DNA from: an uncultured Actinomycetota bacterium
GTDB taxonomy: Bacteria > Actinomycetota > Actinomycetes > CAVWCF01
Assembly: GCA_963753435.1 (NCBI GenBank)
Contig: CAVWCF010000002.1
Coordinates: forward strand, 32,001 to 96,000
DNA length: 64,000 nt
Direction of reading: 5' to 3'
In this document: piece after piece, positions 33,481 to 43,123 of the stretch
Numbering within the stretch: the first letter of the stretch is position 1
Layout: each line of letters begins with the position of its first letter
Position numbers and translations under genes: made by a program
The notes under the pieces: model-generated
Told to the model about the DNA's origin: nothing
Database searches by the model: none
What the model saw: only the letters and a program-made list of their open reading frames with translations

Positions 33481-33573
33481 CCCGTAGCCGGTTCAGCAGC
33501 GCGGCCGGTTCAGCGTCGTCGGACGGTCTTGGGGAATACCCGGATCGGCCCGGGGGCTGACACCCTCGTGGAC

Positions 33574-34962
33574 ATGGCAGCGGACGAATCCAGCTACGAC
33601 CTGGTCATCCTTGGTGGCGGTTCCGCCGGTGAGACGGCGGCGGCCCGCGTCGCCCAGGCGGGCAAACGGGTGGCGCTGATCGAGTCTCGGCTAGTCGGCG
33701 GGGAGTGCCCCTACTGGGGCTGCGTGCCGAGCAAAGCCCTCCTCATCGCCGCCGCCCGGCGCTCGGCCGCGCTACGAGCGCACGACCTTGGGGCGGTCTC
33801 CGGGCCCGTGAAGTTGGACGACCCCCGACTTGCGTGGCCGGCGGCTCTGGCGATGCGGGACCTGCGCGCCGAGCATCTGGACGACACCGATGCCGCCGCG
33901 CGCCTTCGCAACGACGGAGTCGAGATAGTGCGCGACACCGGCCGAGTGCTCGGACCGGGTCGGGTCGCCGCAGGTGAGCGCGAGCTGAGGTATCGCAACC
34001 TGCTCATCAGTACCGGCGCTGAGGCGGCTCTGCCACCCATCGACGGGCTTGCCGAAGCGGAGCCGTGGACCAGTGAGGATGCGCTGACGTCGACGGAACT
34101 CCCGGACCGTCTGGTGATCCTTGGCGGCGGCGCGATCGGTTGTGAGTTGTCCCAGGTCTACGCGACGTTCGGGTCAGACGTGGTTGTGGTGGAGGCACTG
34201 GATCGGGTGTTGGTGGGGGAGGAGCCCGCGGTAAGCGCGGCGGCAGCCGATGTGTTGCGCCGCAGCGGCGTGCGGATCTCAACTGGAACGGCGGTCGAGC
34301 GGGTCAGCCGGGAGGGCGACCAGACGCTGGTGCACCTTGCGGACGGACAAGTGTTGGCGGCCGACCGGCTATTGGTGGCGACCGGCCGGCGGCCGCGTGT
34401 TCGCGACCTGGGCCTGGAGACCCTGGGGATCGACACCGACGCCGGCCGATTGGAGATCGGCGACGACGCTCGGGTCGTTGGCCAATCCAACGTTTACGCC
34501 GCCGGTGACGTGATCGGGAGGCTGCAGTTCACGCACACCGCCAACTACGCGGGCCGGGTTGTCGCGGCCAATGTGCTCGGTGGGGATGCACGGCTGGACT
34601 TCAGCGCCATCCCCCGTGGGGTCTACATCGATCCGCCGGTTGCCGGTGTCGGGATGTCCATGCAGCAGGCGAAGACCGCCGACCGTTCCGTCGTTAGCGC
34701 AACGGTGCAGGTCGGCGACACCGCCCGAGCCTGGTTGGAGGCCGAAGGCGGCGTGCTGGTTCTGGTGGCCGACGCGCACGACGGAGTCCTCGTGGGCGCC
34801 TCCGCCCTGGGTCCGCGCGCCGACGAGTGGATTGCGCAGGTGACCCTGGCGATCCGCGCCCGGATCCCGTTGCGCACCCTGGTCGACACCGTGCAGCCGT
34901 TCCCGGCGGTATCGGAGATTCTGTTCCCCGCGTACGAGCAACTCCTCGCGAAGGTCTCCTGA
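33574..34962 (+). CDS. Pyridine nucleotide-disulfide oxidoreductase (Lpd/MerA family)
   Basis: GGGSAG, GGECPYWGCVPSK, GGGAIG, YAAGDV. Confidence 0.9.
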   Translation: MAADESSYDLVILGGGSAGETAAARVAQAGKRVALIESRLVGGECPYWGCVPSKALLIAAARRSAALRAHDLGAVSGPVKLDDPRLAWPAALAMRDLRAEHLDDTDAAARLRNDGVEIVRDTGRVLGPGRVAAGERELRYRNLLISTGAEAALPPIDGLAEAEPWTSEDALTSTELPDRLVILGGGAIGCELSQVYATFGSDVVVVEALDRVLVGEEPAVSAAAADVLRRSGVRISTGTAVERVSREGDQTLVHLADGQVLAADRLLVATGRRPRVRDLGLETLGIDTDAGRLEIGDDARVVGQSNVYAAGDVIGRLQFTHTANYAGRVVAANVLGGDARLDFSAIPRGVYIDPPVAGVGMSMQQAKTADRSVVSATVQVGDTARAWLEAEGGVLVLVADAHDGVLVGASALGPRADEWIAQVTLAIRARIPLRTLVDTVQPFPAVSEILFPAYEQLLAKVS

Positions 34963-35025
34963 CCGGCCGGCGGCATCACCGGCCTGGCGGTCGCCGGCCG
35001 GCAGCGGCGCTCTTAGGCTGGGCCC

Positions 35026-36357
35026 ATGTCTGAGCGGGAGCCGCAGCCGAACCCGGCCGGGGAGGGCCCGGAGTCGGCCGCGACCAACCCGCCGCCGGAC
35101 GAGTCGGCCTATCCGCCCCCGCAGTACCCGCCCCAGGCGTACCAGTACCCACCGCCGCAAAACCCGGCCCCGGCCTACCAGTACCCACCGCCGCAGTACC
35201 CGCCCCAGGCGTACCAGTACCCACCGCCGCAGTACTCCGGCTATGCGCAGTACCCACCGCCGCAGTACCCGCCCCAGGCGTACCAGTACCCACCCCAGCA
35301 ATACCCAGGTCCGTACTATCCGTACCCGCAGCAGTACCCCGGCTACGTGCAATACCCGCCTTACCCGGCACCGAAGCCGGACGGACCGGGCGTGGCCCTG
35401 GCGAAGCATCCGCACATCGAGCCCCGGGAACACCACCGGCTGTTGCGCACCGCGCGGGCGCGCGCGTGGATGCCAATAGTTGGCACCGTCTTCTTCATCG
35501 TGGCCTACGTCTTCTCCGCGGCCGTGCTGTCCTTGCCGTTCATCTTCGGTGCTCTGGGCGCCGGATACGACGACGGCCTGTTCCCCTTCGACTCGCCGAT
35601 CTTCCTGCTCTTCAACAACCTCTTGCTGGCGGTGCTGATCCCGATATCGATGCTGACCGTCTGGTTGGTGCATCGAGAACGACCCGGGTGGCTGTCCAGC
35701 GTCGCTCGCCGGTTCCGATGGCGGCTCGTGTGGCCGTTCGTCGGGCTGGCGCTGGCAGCACAGTTCGTCACCTACCTGGTCACCGCGGTGTTCGCCGATC
35801 TGGATGAAGTGACGCAGCCGTTGCCGCAGACCCCGGACGTGGGCACGGTGCTCGCGTTCTTGGTGATCATCTTCCTGACCACGCCGCTGCAAGCAGCGGC
35901 AGAGGAGTACGCGTTCCGCGGCTATCTGAGTCAGGCGATCGGCTACTTCGCGAAGTCCTGGGTCATCCCCGCGGTCATCACCGGTCTACTTTTCGCAGCC
36001 GCGCACGGCAGCCAGGATCTGGCGGCGTTCGTCGACCGCTTCGCCTTCGGCATGTTGGCTTCCTACGTCACCTGGCGCTCTGGTGGACTCGAAGCTGCAT
36101 CGGTCTACCACGCCGCCAACAACGTCGTGATCCTCGCGCTGGGCGCCTTCGTCGGTAACCCGCTTCCGGACCCGGGTGTGCAGACTTCAATTCCCTGGTC
36201 GCTAGTGGTGTTCGACATCTTGGGCATGGTCGTCTTCGGGTTGCTCACCCACTGGTACGTGCGCCGTGCCGGCCTGCAGCGAACGAGCGTCACGCTGGCG
36301 GCGCCCGCCCCGCCGGTGCCGCCGACGGCTCCACCTGCGGCGGTCCCGACCGGATGA
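35026..36357 (+). CDS. CPBP/Abi family intramembrane protease with Pro/Tyr/Gln-rich N-terminus
   Basis: AAEEYAFRG, FAAAH, HAANN motifs. Confidence 0.9.
   Translation: MSEREPQPNPAGEGPESAATNPPPDESAYPPPQYPPQAYQYPPPQNPAPAYQYPPPQYPPQAYQYPPPQYSGYAQYPPPQYPPQAYQYPPQQYPGPYYPYPQQYPGYVQYPPYPAPKPDGPGVALAKHPHIEPREHHRLLRTARARAWMPIVGTVFFIVAYVFSAAVLSLPFIFGALGAGYDDGLFPFDSPIFLLFNNLLLAVLIPISMLTVWLVHRERPGWLSSVARRFRWRLVWPFVGLALAAQFVTYLVTAVFADLDEVTQPLPQTPDVGTVLAFLVIIFLTTPLQAAAEEYAFRGYLSQAIGYFAKSWVIPAVITGLLFAAAHGSQDLAAFVDRFAFGMLASYVTWRSGGLEAASVYHAANNVVILALGAFVGNPLPDPGVQTSIPWSLVVFDILGMVVFGLLTHWYVRRAGLQRTSVTLAAPAPPVPPTAPPAAVPTG
35119..35294 (+). repeat. Three exact 35-bp coding repeats within a degenerate QYPPP repeat tract
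   Basis: CCGCAGTACCCGCCCCAGGCGTACCAGTACCCACC at 35119, 35191, 35260. Confidence 0.9.
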
Positions 36358-37232
36358 CCGCGGCCACAGCGGGACTGCGGTTCGCGGTTCCGCTGCGCCC
36401 CACCGTCGGCACTCGCCCCATCGACGAGCCGGACTGGCTCATCGTCGACGGCGAGCGCCCTGCCCTGCTCGCCGCCAAGCAAAGGCTCTTGGTGGAGCAC
36501 CACCGCGAGGTTGTCCGACTGGACGATCTCCCCGAGCAGCTCGGCAGCGAGGTAGCCGAGATGGTTCTGGACAACTACGCACGGCACCACCCCGGTGTGC
36601 TCACCCGGTCCGGTGAGCTGATCACCGATACCGGATCGGGGCTGGTCGTCGACCTCGACGCGGAGCACCCACTGCTCGGCGTCAGTCGAGTTCTCGCCGA
36701 GGACCTGTGCGTCATGGTCAACCGGGACGGGGAATGGGTGCTGGCTGGCGCGTGCGTCTGCTTCCCCAGCCGGTGGAGCCTCGCTGAGAAGGTCGGCCGT
36801 TCGTTGGACGGCATCCACGACGTGGTCCCCGGCTACGCCGGGCCGGTGGCCGTGGCCTCGCAGCGCGTGTTCGATCGGCTAGCCGACGGCATCCTGCTGC
36901 GATTCAACTGGACTCTGCTGGACGACCCGGAGTTGTTTCAGCCGCGACCGCCCAAGAGGCCGGCCGCCGTCGGCCCGGAAGACCTGTACCTGCGGGTTGA
37001 GCGGCAGACGCTTCGGCGGCTGCCTGGCTCCGGTGCCGTGCTCTTCACCATCCACACCTCGGTGGAGTCGTTGTGGCAGGTGGCGCAACGCCCCGAGCAG
37101 GCGGGGAACTTGGCCGCTTCGCTGCGCAGCAGCACGCCCGCCACCCGGGCCTACAAGGGTTGGGCGGAGCTGATCGAGGCGTCGGCACAGTTCCTCGAGG
37201 AACGCGCCGCAGGCGGTGCTTCCCGACTGTAG
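36354..37232 (+). CDS. DUF3445 (heme-dependent oxidative N-demethylase alpha-like) protein
   Basis: EDLCVM, CFPSRWSLAEKVG...IH..VP, RFNW, LRVERQTLRRLP. Confidence 0.85.
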   Translation: MTAATAGLRFAVPLRPTVGTRPIDEPDWLIVDGERPALLAAKQRLLVEHHREVVRLDDLPEQLGSEVAEMVLDNYARHHPGVLTRSGELITDTGSGLVVDLDAEHPLLGVSRVLAEDLCVMVNRDGEWVLAGACVCFPSRWSLAEKVGRSLDGIHDVVPGYAGPVAVASQRVFDRLADGILLRFNWTLLDDPELFQPRPPKRPAAVGPEDLYLRVERQTLRRLPGSGAVLFTIHTSVESLWQVAQRPEQAGNLAASLRSSTPATRAYKGWAELIEASAQFLEERAAGGASRL

Positions 37233-37318
37233 GTCGGCTGGGGCACAATGTGCTCGGCCCACAGGGTCGGACTTGTTGAGAGCGCTGGGGAAGGCGAAGC
37301 TCGACAAGGAGGACTGAC

Positions 37319-37828
37319 GTGGCCGCTGATACGCGCAAGTCACGAGGCGTCGTGTTCATCCACTCGACGCCCGCTGCACTTTGCCCACATATCGAATGGG
37401 CGATTTCAGCGGTGCTGGACCAGCAGGTCTCCCTGGATTGGACGCCGCAGCCGGCTGAGCCGGGCAGCTTCCGGACCGAGTTCTCCTGGCAAGGCGAGCC
37501 CGGCAAGGGTGCGGAGCTGGCGTCGGCGCTGCGCGGCTGGGGCAAAGTCCGCTACGAGGTCACCGAGGAACAGTCGAACGGACGCGAAGGCGAGCGTTTC
37601 GCCGGGACGCCGTCGCTGGGCATCTTCCACTCCCTGATGGGAACTCATGGCGACATCCTCGTGCCGGAGGACCGGCTCAAGGCCGCAGTGGTGGCGTGCG
37701 CGATCAACGACGTCGACCTGGCCGACGAGATCGCCAGGCTGCTGGGCAAGCCGTGGGACGACGAACTGGAGCCCTTCCGGATGGCCGGTGAGGGCGCGCC
37801 AGTCCGTTGGTTGCACCAGGTGGTGTGA
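37319..37828 (+). CDS. DUF3145 domain protein
   Basis: HSTPAALCPHIEWA, WDDELEPFR, VRWLH. Confidence 0.9.
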   Translation: MAADTRKSRGVVFIHSTPAALCPHIEWAISAVLDQQVSLDWTPQPAEPGSFRTEFSWQGEPGKGAELASALRGWGKVRYEVTEEQSNGREGERFAGTPSLGIFHSLMGTHGDILVPEDRLKAAVVACAINDVDLADEIARLLGKPWDDELEPFRMAGEGAPVRWLHQVV

Positions 37829-37832
37829 CCGC

Positions 37833-39239
37833 CTAGAGGGGGATGTTGCCGTGGGTCCCGCGTAGGTCCGGTGCTTCCGCGATAGCAGCCGCAATCGCCG
37901 AGCGTGTGACGTCCGGGGCGACAACCTCATCCACGAAACCCATTGCCACGGCCTTGTCCAAGCCGCCGGCCAGCAACTCATGCTCCTCGGCCAGTTCTTG
38001 TTCCAACTGCGGGCGAACCTCGGCGGGCGCCTCGGCCAGCCGCCTGCGGTGCAGAACGCGCACCGCCGCGACGGAGCCCATGACGGCCACCTTTGCGCCG
38101 GGCCAGGCAAGCACTCGAGTGGCCCCGAGTGAGCGGGAGTTCATCGCGATGTAGGCGCCGCCGTACGCCTTGCGCGTGACGACGGTGACCCGGGGCACGG
38201 CGCACTCGGCGAAGGCGTGCAGCAACTTGGCGCCTCGGCGCACGACCCCGTCCCATTCCTGGCCGACCCCCGGCAGGTAGCCGGGAACGTCCACCAGGAC
38301 CACCAGCGGTACGCCGAACGCATCGCACATGCGCACGAAGCGGGCGGCCTTCTCCGCGCTGGCGGAGTCCAGACAACCGCCCAGTCGCAGCGGGTTGTTC
38401 GCGACGACGCCGACCGTTCGACCGCCCAGACGGCCCAGAGTGGTCACGATGTTGGGGGCCCACTTCGGGTGCAACTCGACTCCGGTGTCCGGGTCAAGCA
38501 CTCCGGAGACCAACGGGTGCACGTCGTAGGCACGCTTGGCCGACTCCGGCAGGAAGTCGGCCAGCGGCAGATCCGCCGCCCCACCGGGGACACCCTGCTG
38601 GCCGAGCAGCGCGGCCAGCTTTCGGGCCTGCCCGAGCGCCTCCTCATCGGAGTCGGTAACCACGTGCACGACGCCGCTGCGGCGCCCGTGCGGCTCGGGT
38701 CCGCCAAGCCGGAGCATGTCGACGTCCTCGCCGGTGACCGAACGGACCACGTCCGGTCCGGTAACGAACACGCGTCCCTGTGGGCCGAGGATGACGATGT
38801 CGGTCAGCGCCGGACCGTAGGCAGCGCCGCCGGCCGCAGCGCCGAGCACGACCGAGATCTGTGGGATTCGCCCCGACGCCCGCGTCATGATCGCGAACAC
38901 CTCTCCGACCGCGTGCAGGCTGGCGACCCCCTCGCGCAGCCGCGCGCCGCCGGAGTGCCAGAGCCCCACTACCGGGCAACCATCGGCCAGCGCCCGGGCA
39001 TAGGCCGCCAGGATCACCTTGCAGCCGGCTCCACCCATGGCGCCGCCCTGCACCCGCGGATCCGAGGCGAAGGCCACGACTGGGGCACCGTCCACCCGAC
39101 CGGTCGCAGCCAGCATTCCCGAGTCGTCCTCGGGTGTGAGCAGGGTTGCTGAGCCGTCGTCGAAGAACGCCCGCATCCGTACTTTCGGGGAGCGGGGGTC
39201 CACTTCGACGGTGAGGTCGGGGGAGTCGGTCACGGTCAT
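37833..39239 (-). CDS. accD: Acyl-CoA carboxylase carboxyltransferase subunit (AccD6-like)
   Basis: SGGARL, FVTGP, DVPGYLPG, RKAYGGAY. Confidence 0.9.
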   Translation of the reverse strand: MTVTDSPDLTVEVDPRSPKVRMRAFFDDGSATLLTPEDDSGMLAATGRVDGAPVVAFASDPRVQGGAMGGAGCKVILAAYARALADGCPVVGLWHSGGARLREGVASLHAVGEVFAIMTRASGRIPQISVVLGAAAGGAAYGPALTDIVILGPQGRVFVTGPDVVRSVTGEDVDMLRLGGPEPHGRRSGVVHVVTDSDEEALGQARKLAALLGQQGVPGGAADLPLADFLPESAKRAYDVHPLVSGVLDPDTGVELHPKWAPNIVTTLGRLGGRTVGVVANNPLRLGGCLDSASAEKAARFVRMCDAFGVPLVVLVDVPGYLPGVGQEWDGVVRRGAKLLHAFAECAVPRVTVVTRKAYGGAYIAMNSRSLGATRVLAWPGAKVAVMGSVAAVRVLHRRRLAEAPAEVRPQLEQELAEEHELLAGGLDKAVAMGFVDEVVAPDVTRSAIAAAIAEAPDLRGTHGNIPL

Positions 39240-40486
39240 GCTGCGCTCCTGAAAGCCAGGGTGACGTTGTGTCCACCGAAACCGAATGAGTTGTTGAGCG
39301 CCACCAAGGACCCGGCGCCGAGCGGACGGGGCGTGGTGGCCACGTCGAGGCCGATCGCGTCGTCGAGATCTTCAAGGTTGATCGTCGGCGGGGCGGTGCG
39401 GTGGTGCAGTGCCAGAACTGTGAACACCGACTCCAGGGCGCCTGCGGCCCCGAGCAGGTGACCGGTCATCGACTTGGTGCCGGTCACCACCAGACCGTCG
39501 GCCGCCGGACCCAAGGCAGCGCGCAATGCGACCGCCTCGGCCACGTCCCCAGCCGGGGTCGAGGTGGCGTGGGCGTTCACGTGGTTGACCGCATTGGCTG
39601 GCACTCCGGCGTCGGCGAGAGCCGCGCGCACCGCACGGGCCGCCCCCGAGCCGTCCGGATCCGGTTGGGCGATGTGGTGGGCGTCAGAACTGAGTCCGGC
39701 GCCGATCGCTTCTGCGTAGATGCGCGCACCGCGGGCTTGTGCGTGTTCGGCCGACTCCAGCACGAGGCACGCTGCGCCTTCGGAGAACACGAAGCCGTCG
39801 CGACCCCGGTCGTACGGACGCGAAGCGCGCTCGGGCTCGTCATTGCGCTTGGACAGCGCCATCATGTTGGCGAACGCGGCCAACGGCAATGGGTGCACGC
39901 ACGCCTCCGTGCCGCCCACCATGACGACGTCGGCCCGACCGGACCGGATCATCTGCATACCCATGGCAACGGCTTCGGCGCCGGATGCGCAGGCGCTGAC
40001 GGGCGTGTGCACCCCCGCCTTGGCACCGAGATCCAGACCCACCTGCGCCGCCGCGCCGTTCGGCATCAGCATCGGAATGGTGTGTGGGCTGACCCGACGC
40101 GGACCGTTCTCCCGCAGGTTGTCCCACTGCCCCAGAAGCGTCAGTGCGCCACCGATGCCGGTGGCGATCACCGCGCCCAGGCGCAACGGGTCGACGTCGG
40201 GGCTGCCCGCATCCGTCCACGCCTCCCGGGAACTGATCAGGGCCATCTGCTGGGATCGGTCCAACTTGCGGGCCTCGACGCGTTCCAGCACCGCTGTCGG
40301 ATCGACAGCCACCTGTCCGGCGATTCGGACCGGCAGGTCGGCCGCCCAGGGTTCGGTGATGACGCTGATGCCGCTGCGCCCCTGCAGGAGACCGTCCCAC
40401 GTGGTCTTGGCATCGCCACCGAGGGGGGACGTCGCGCCCACCCCGGTGACGACGACCTTGGGTACGGCGGTCTCCGCGGAGGTCAC
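39236..40486 (-). CDS. fabF: 3-oxoacyl-ACP synthase II
   Basis: SACASG, NAHATST, KSMTGHLLGAAG, NSFGFGG. Confidence 0.95.
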   Translation of the reverse strand: MTSAETAVPKVVVTGVGATSPLGGDAKTTWDGLLQGRSGISVITEPWAADLPVRIAGQVAVDPTAVLERVEARKLDRSQQMALISSREAWTDAGSPDVDPLRLGAVIATGIGGALTLLGQWDNLRENGPRRVSPHTIPMLMPNGAAAQVGLDLGAKAGVHTPVSACASGAEAVAMGMQMIRSGRADVVMVGGTEACVHPLPLAAFANMMALSKRNDEPERASRPYDRGRDGFVFSEGAACLVLESAEHAQARGARIYAEAIGAGLSSDAHHIAQPDPDGSGAARAVRAALADAGVPANAVNHVNAHATSTPAGDVAEAVALRAALGPAADGLVVTGTKSMTGHLLGAAGALESVFTVLALHHRTAPPTINLEDLDDAIGLDVATTPRPLGAGSLVALNNSFGFGGHNVTLAFRSAA

Positions 40487-40725
40487 GCCAACGCGCCCTT
40501 GATGTAGCTGACGGCGTCGCCCACGGTGGTCAGGTTCTTGACGTCGTCGTCGGGGATCTTCACGCCGAACTTCTCCTCGGCGGCTACCACGACCTCGACC
40601 ATCGACAGCGAGTCAACGTCCAGGTCGTCGACGAAGGCCTTTTCCAGCTGGACGTCCTCGGTCGGCACGCCGGCGATGTCATTCACGATCTCGGCCAGGC
40701 CGCCGAGGATCTCCTGCTCGTTCAT
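40483..40725 (-). CDS. acpP: Acyl carrier protein
   Basis: DLDVDSLSMVE. Confidence 0.96.
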   Translation of the reverse strand: MNEQEILGGLAEIVNDIAGVPTEDVQLEKAFVDDLDVDSLSMVEVVVAAEEKFGVKIPDDDVKNLTTVGDAVSYIKGALA

Positions 40726-40838
40726 CCGTTCCCCTTACCTAGGTGTGTTGTTCCCGCCGCTGCGGGGGTCTGTTGGTCGGGCCAGTCTTTCCTAAGTCGA
40801 TGTCCCATTCCGCCTGGGTCCCGTCCGTTCGGTCATCT

Positions 40839-41837
40839 TCAGGGCAGTTGCACTACCTGCGCGGCATACGCCAGCCCGGCACCGAAGCCGATCAGTAGAG
40901 CCAAACCGCCACCGGTGAGCTCGCCGGACTCAAGCATCCGTGACATTGCCAGCGGCACGGAGGCGGCGGAGGTGTTGCCGGTCGTGGTGATGTCCCGGGC
41001 CACGGCGACGGTGTCCGGCACTTCGAGCTTCTTGACCATCGCGTCGATGATTCGCAGGTTCGCCTGGTGTGGGATGAACGCGGTCAGGTCCGACACCGTT
41101 ACTCCGGCGGCGTCCAGCGCCCGTTGTGCCACCGGGGCCATGCTGTAAACGGCCCAGCGGAACACCTGCTGGCCCTCCATGTGCAGGGATGGGAACTCAC
41201 CAGTACCGCGCAGCTCGTCCCAGGACCGGTCCTGGGTGAGGATGTCGGCCTGGTCACCGTCGGCTCCCCAGATGACCGGACCGATTCCCGGTTCGTCAGC
41301 CGGTCCCACGATCGCGGCGCCGGCGCCATCAGCGAACAGGAAAGCGGTCGAGCGGTCCGTCGCATCGATGATGTTTGTGAGCTTCTCGACGCCGATGACG
41401 AGAACGTGCTCGGCGCTGCCGCCGCGGATCATGTCGTTGGCCAGGGCCAGCCCGTGGCAGAAGCCGGCGCACGCGGCGGATATGTCGAACGCGGCCGCGT
41501 CGCGGGCGCCGAGGCGACTTCCGACGAGGGGTGCAGCCGCGGGGGTCTGGTACATGTGGGTGACCGTGGCAACGATGATCGCGTCAATGCGGTCCGCAGT
41601 GATACCCGCGTGTGCCAGGGCCTTCTCGGCGGCCGCGGTACCCATGTCGACGACGGTCTCGTCGGCTGCGGCGAAGCGCCTCTCGACGATGCCCGAGCGC
41701 TCCCGAATCCACTCATCGGAGGAGTCGATGTGCTCGCAGATCTCGGCGTTCGTAACTACGCGTGCCGGTCGGTAGTCCCCGACGCCGAGGATGCGGGCCC
41801 CGCGGGCACCCGGCTTGCCGGCGGCGATCCTCGTCAC
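40839..41837 (-). CDS. fabH: 3-oxoacyl-ACP synthase III
   Basis: AACAGF, PHQAN, GNTSAASVP. Confidence 0.96.
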   Translation of the reverse strand: MTRIAAGKPGARGARILGVGDYRPARVVTNAEICEHIDSSDEWIRERSGIVERRFAAADETVVDMGTAAAEKALAHAGITADRIDAIIVATVTHMYQTPAAAPLVGSRLGARDAAAFDISAACAGFCHGLALANDMIRGGSAEHVLVIGVEKLTNIIDATDRSTAFLFADGAGAAIVGPADEPGIGPVIWGADGDQADILTQDRSWDELRGTGEFPSLHMEGQQVFRWAVYSMAPVAQRALDAAGVTVSDLTAFIPHQANLRIIDAMVKKLEVPDTVAVARDITTTGNTSAASVPLAMSRMLESGELTGGGLALLIGFGAGLAYAAQVVQLP

Positions 41838-43039
41838 GAGGCGACCTCGGCTTCCAGTGGGTGCAGGCGCAGCAGCGGCTGTCCTGGGTTCACCGGGTCG
41901 CCGTCTTCAACCAGCCATTCGATGACGATGCCACCGTGCGGCGCGGACACTGGATGTTCGTCTCGGAGGGTGTGCACAGCACCCACAGTGGTCCCGGCGG
42001 CGATTTCAGTGCCCAGGGAGTCGTCGGTGTCCGAGCCCGGTGCCACGTGGAACGTGCCCTTGGCCGGTGCCACGAGCAGCCGCCAACTGGGGGAGGCGTC
42101 CAAGTCGGCCGGTGCTCCATGCCGGGCCACCAGCTCCCGGGCTGCCGGCAGGTCGTCCGGCGTCTTCAGGGCGACGGTCTCTACCCCGGGCAGGGCTCGC
42201 TTGATCAAGCCCGTCAGCGTGCCAGCGGGCGGAACCTCGATCACCGCCGTGACGCCGAGGTCGGCCATCGTGCGCATCACCAGGTCCCAGCGCACCGGCA
42301 GGGCGATCTGCGCCACGATTCGCTCCAGCACCTCGGTGCCGTGATGAACCACAGCGCCGTCCCGGTTCGACAGCAAGCGGATGCGCGGGTCATGCGTGGT
42401 CACCGCGCGGGCCAGACCGGCCATTCGGGCGACGGCCGGCTGCATGTGCGTGGTGTGGAAGGCCCCGGCAACCTGCAGCGGTCGCACTCGGGCGCCTTCG
42501 GGGGGAGCAGCGGCTAGTTCCGCCAACTGCTCGTGTGTGCCGCCCACCACGACCTGACCGGCCCCGTTGTGGTTGGCCACCGTCAGCCCGACCGCCTCGG
42601 CCGCTGCGACGACCTGCTCGGGGTCCCCGCCCAGGACGGCACTCATGCCGGTTGGCGTCACCGCGGCGGCTTCGGCCATGCCGCGGCCGCGTTCCCGCAC
42701 CAGCACCATGGCCTGTTCGGCAGAGATAACGCCGGAGGCCGCAGCAGCGGTGAGTTCACCGACGGAGTGCCCGGCGCCGGCGCCGACCTGGCTGAACGCG
42801 TCGTGCGGGTGGGGGAAGAGCGCAAGCAGGGAAACCAGCCCGGCGCTGACGATCAACGGCTGAGCGACTGCGGTGTCGCGAATCGTGTCTGCGTCGGACT
42901 TGGTGCCGTGCTCGATGAGATCGAGTCCGGCGCATGCCGACAACCAGTCCATGCGGGCGGCGAAGCCGGGCAGTTCCAACCACGGTTGCAGGAATCCGGG
43001 AGTTTGGGCGCCCTGACCAGGGCCGACGATGACGAGCAC
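41834..43039 (-). CDS. fabD: Malonyl-CoA:ACP transacylase with C-terminal biotinyl/lipoyl-like domain
   Basis: PGQGAQ, GHSVGE, GAFH; C-terminal VAPAKG...VSAPHGG...VEDGDPVNPGQPL. Confidence 0.92.
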   Translation of the reverse strand: MLVIVGPGQGAQTPGFLQPWLELPGFAARMDWLSACAGLDLIEHGTKSDADTIRDTAVAQPLIVSAGLVSLLALFPHPHDAFSQVGAGAGHSVGELTAAAASGVISAEQAMVLVRERGRGMAEAAAVTPTGMSAVLGGDPEQVVAAAEAVGLTVANHNGAGQVVVGGTHEQLAELAAAPPEGARVRPLQVAGAFHTTHMQPAVARMAGLARAVTTHDPRIRLLSNRDGAVVHHGTEVLERIVAQIALPVRWDLVMRTMADLGVTAVIEVPPAGTLTGLIKRALPGVETVALKTPDDLPAARELVARHGAPADLDASPSWRLLVAPAKGTFHVAPGSDTDDSLGTEIAAGTTVGAVHTLRDEHPVSAPHGGIVIEWLVEDGDPVNPGQPLLRLHPLEAEVAS

Positions 43040-43106
43040 CCCAGAACCCTGCCCGATGACCGGTCCCCGTGGCGATGGGGACGCGCACGAAACCCGCGCG
43101 GCTCTC

Positions 43107-43123
43107 TTGTAGGAAACCTACAA
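43107..43123. promoter_or_regulatory. TTGT-N9-ACAA palindrome upstream of fabD (FasR/MabR-type site)
   Basis: TTGTAGG-AAA-CCTACAA, overlapping the fasR stop codon. Confidence 0.7.

Noticed and set aside
33574-34962. Mercuric reductase (merA) call
   Set aside because: No C-terminal Cys pair and no mer operon genes
35119-35294. 35-bp repeats with 37- and 34-bp gaps resembling a mini CRISPR array
   Set aside because: In frame within a protein, the gaps are degenerate copies of the same QYPPP unit, and no cas genes are present
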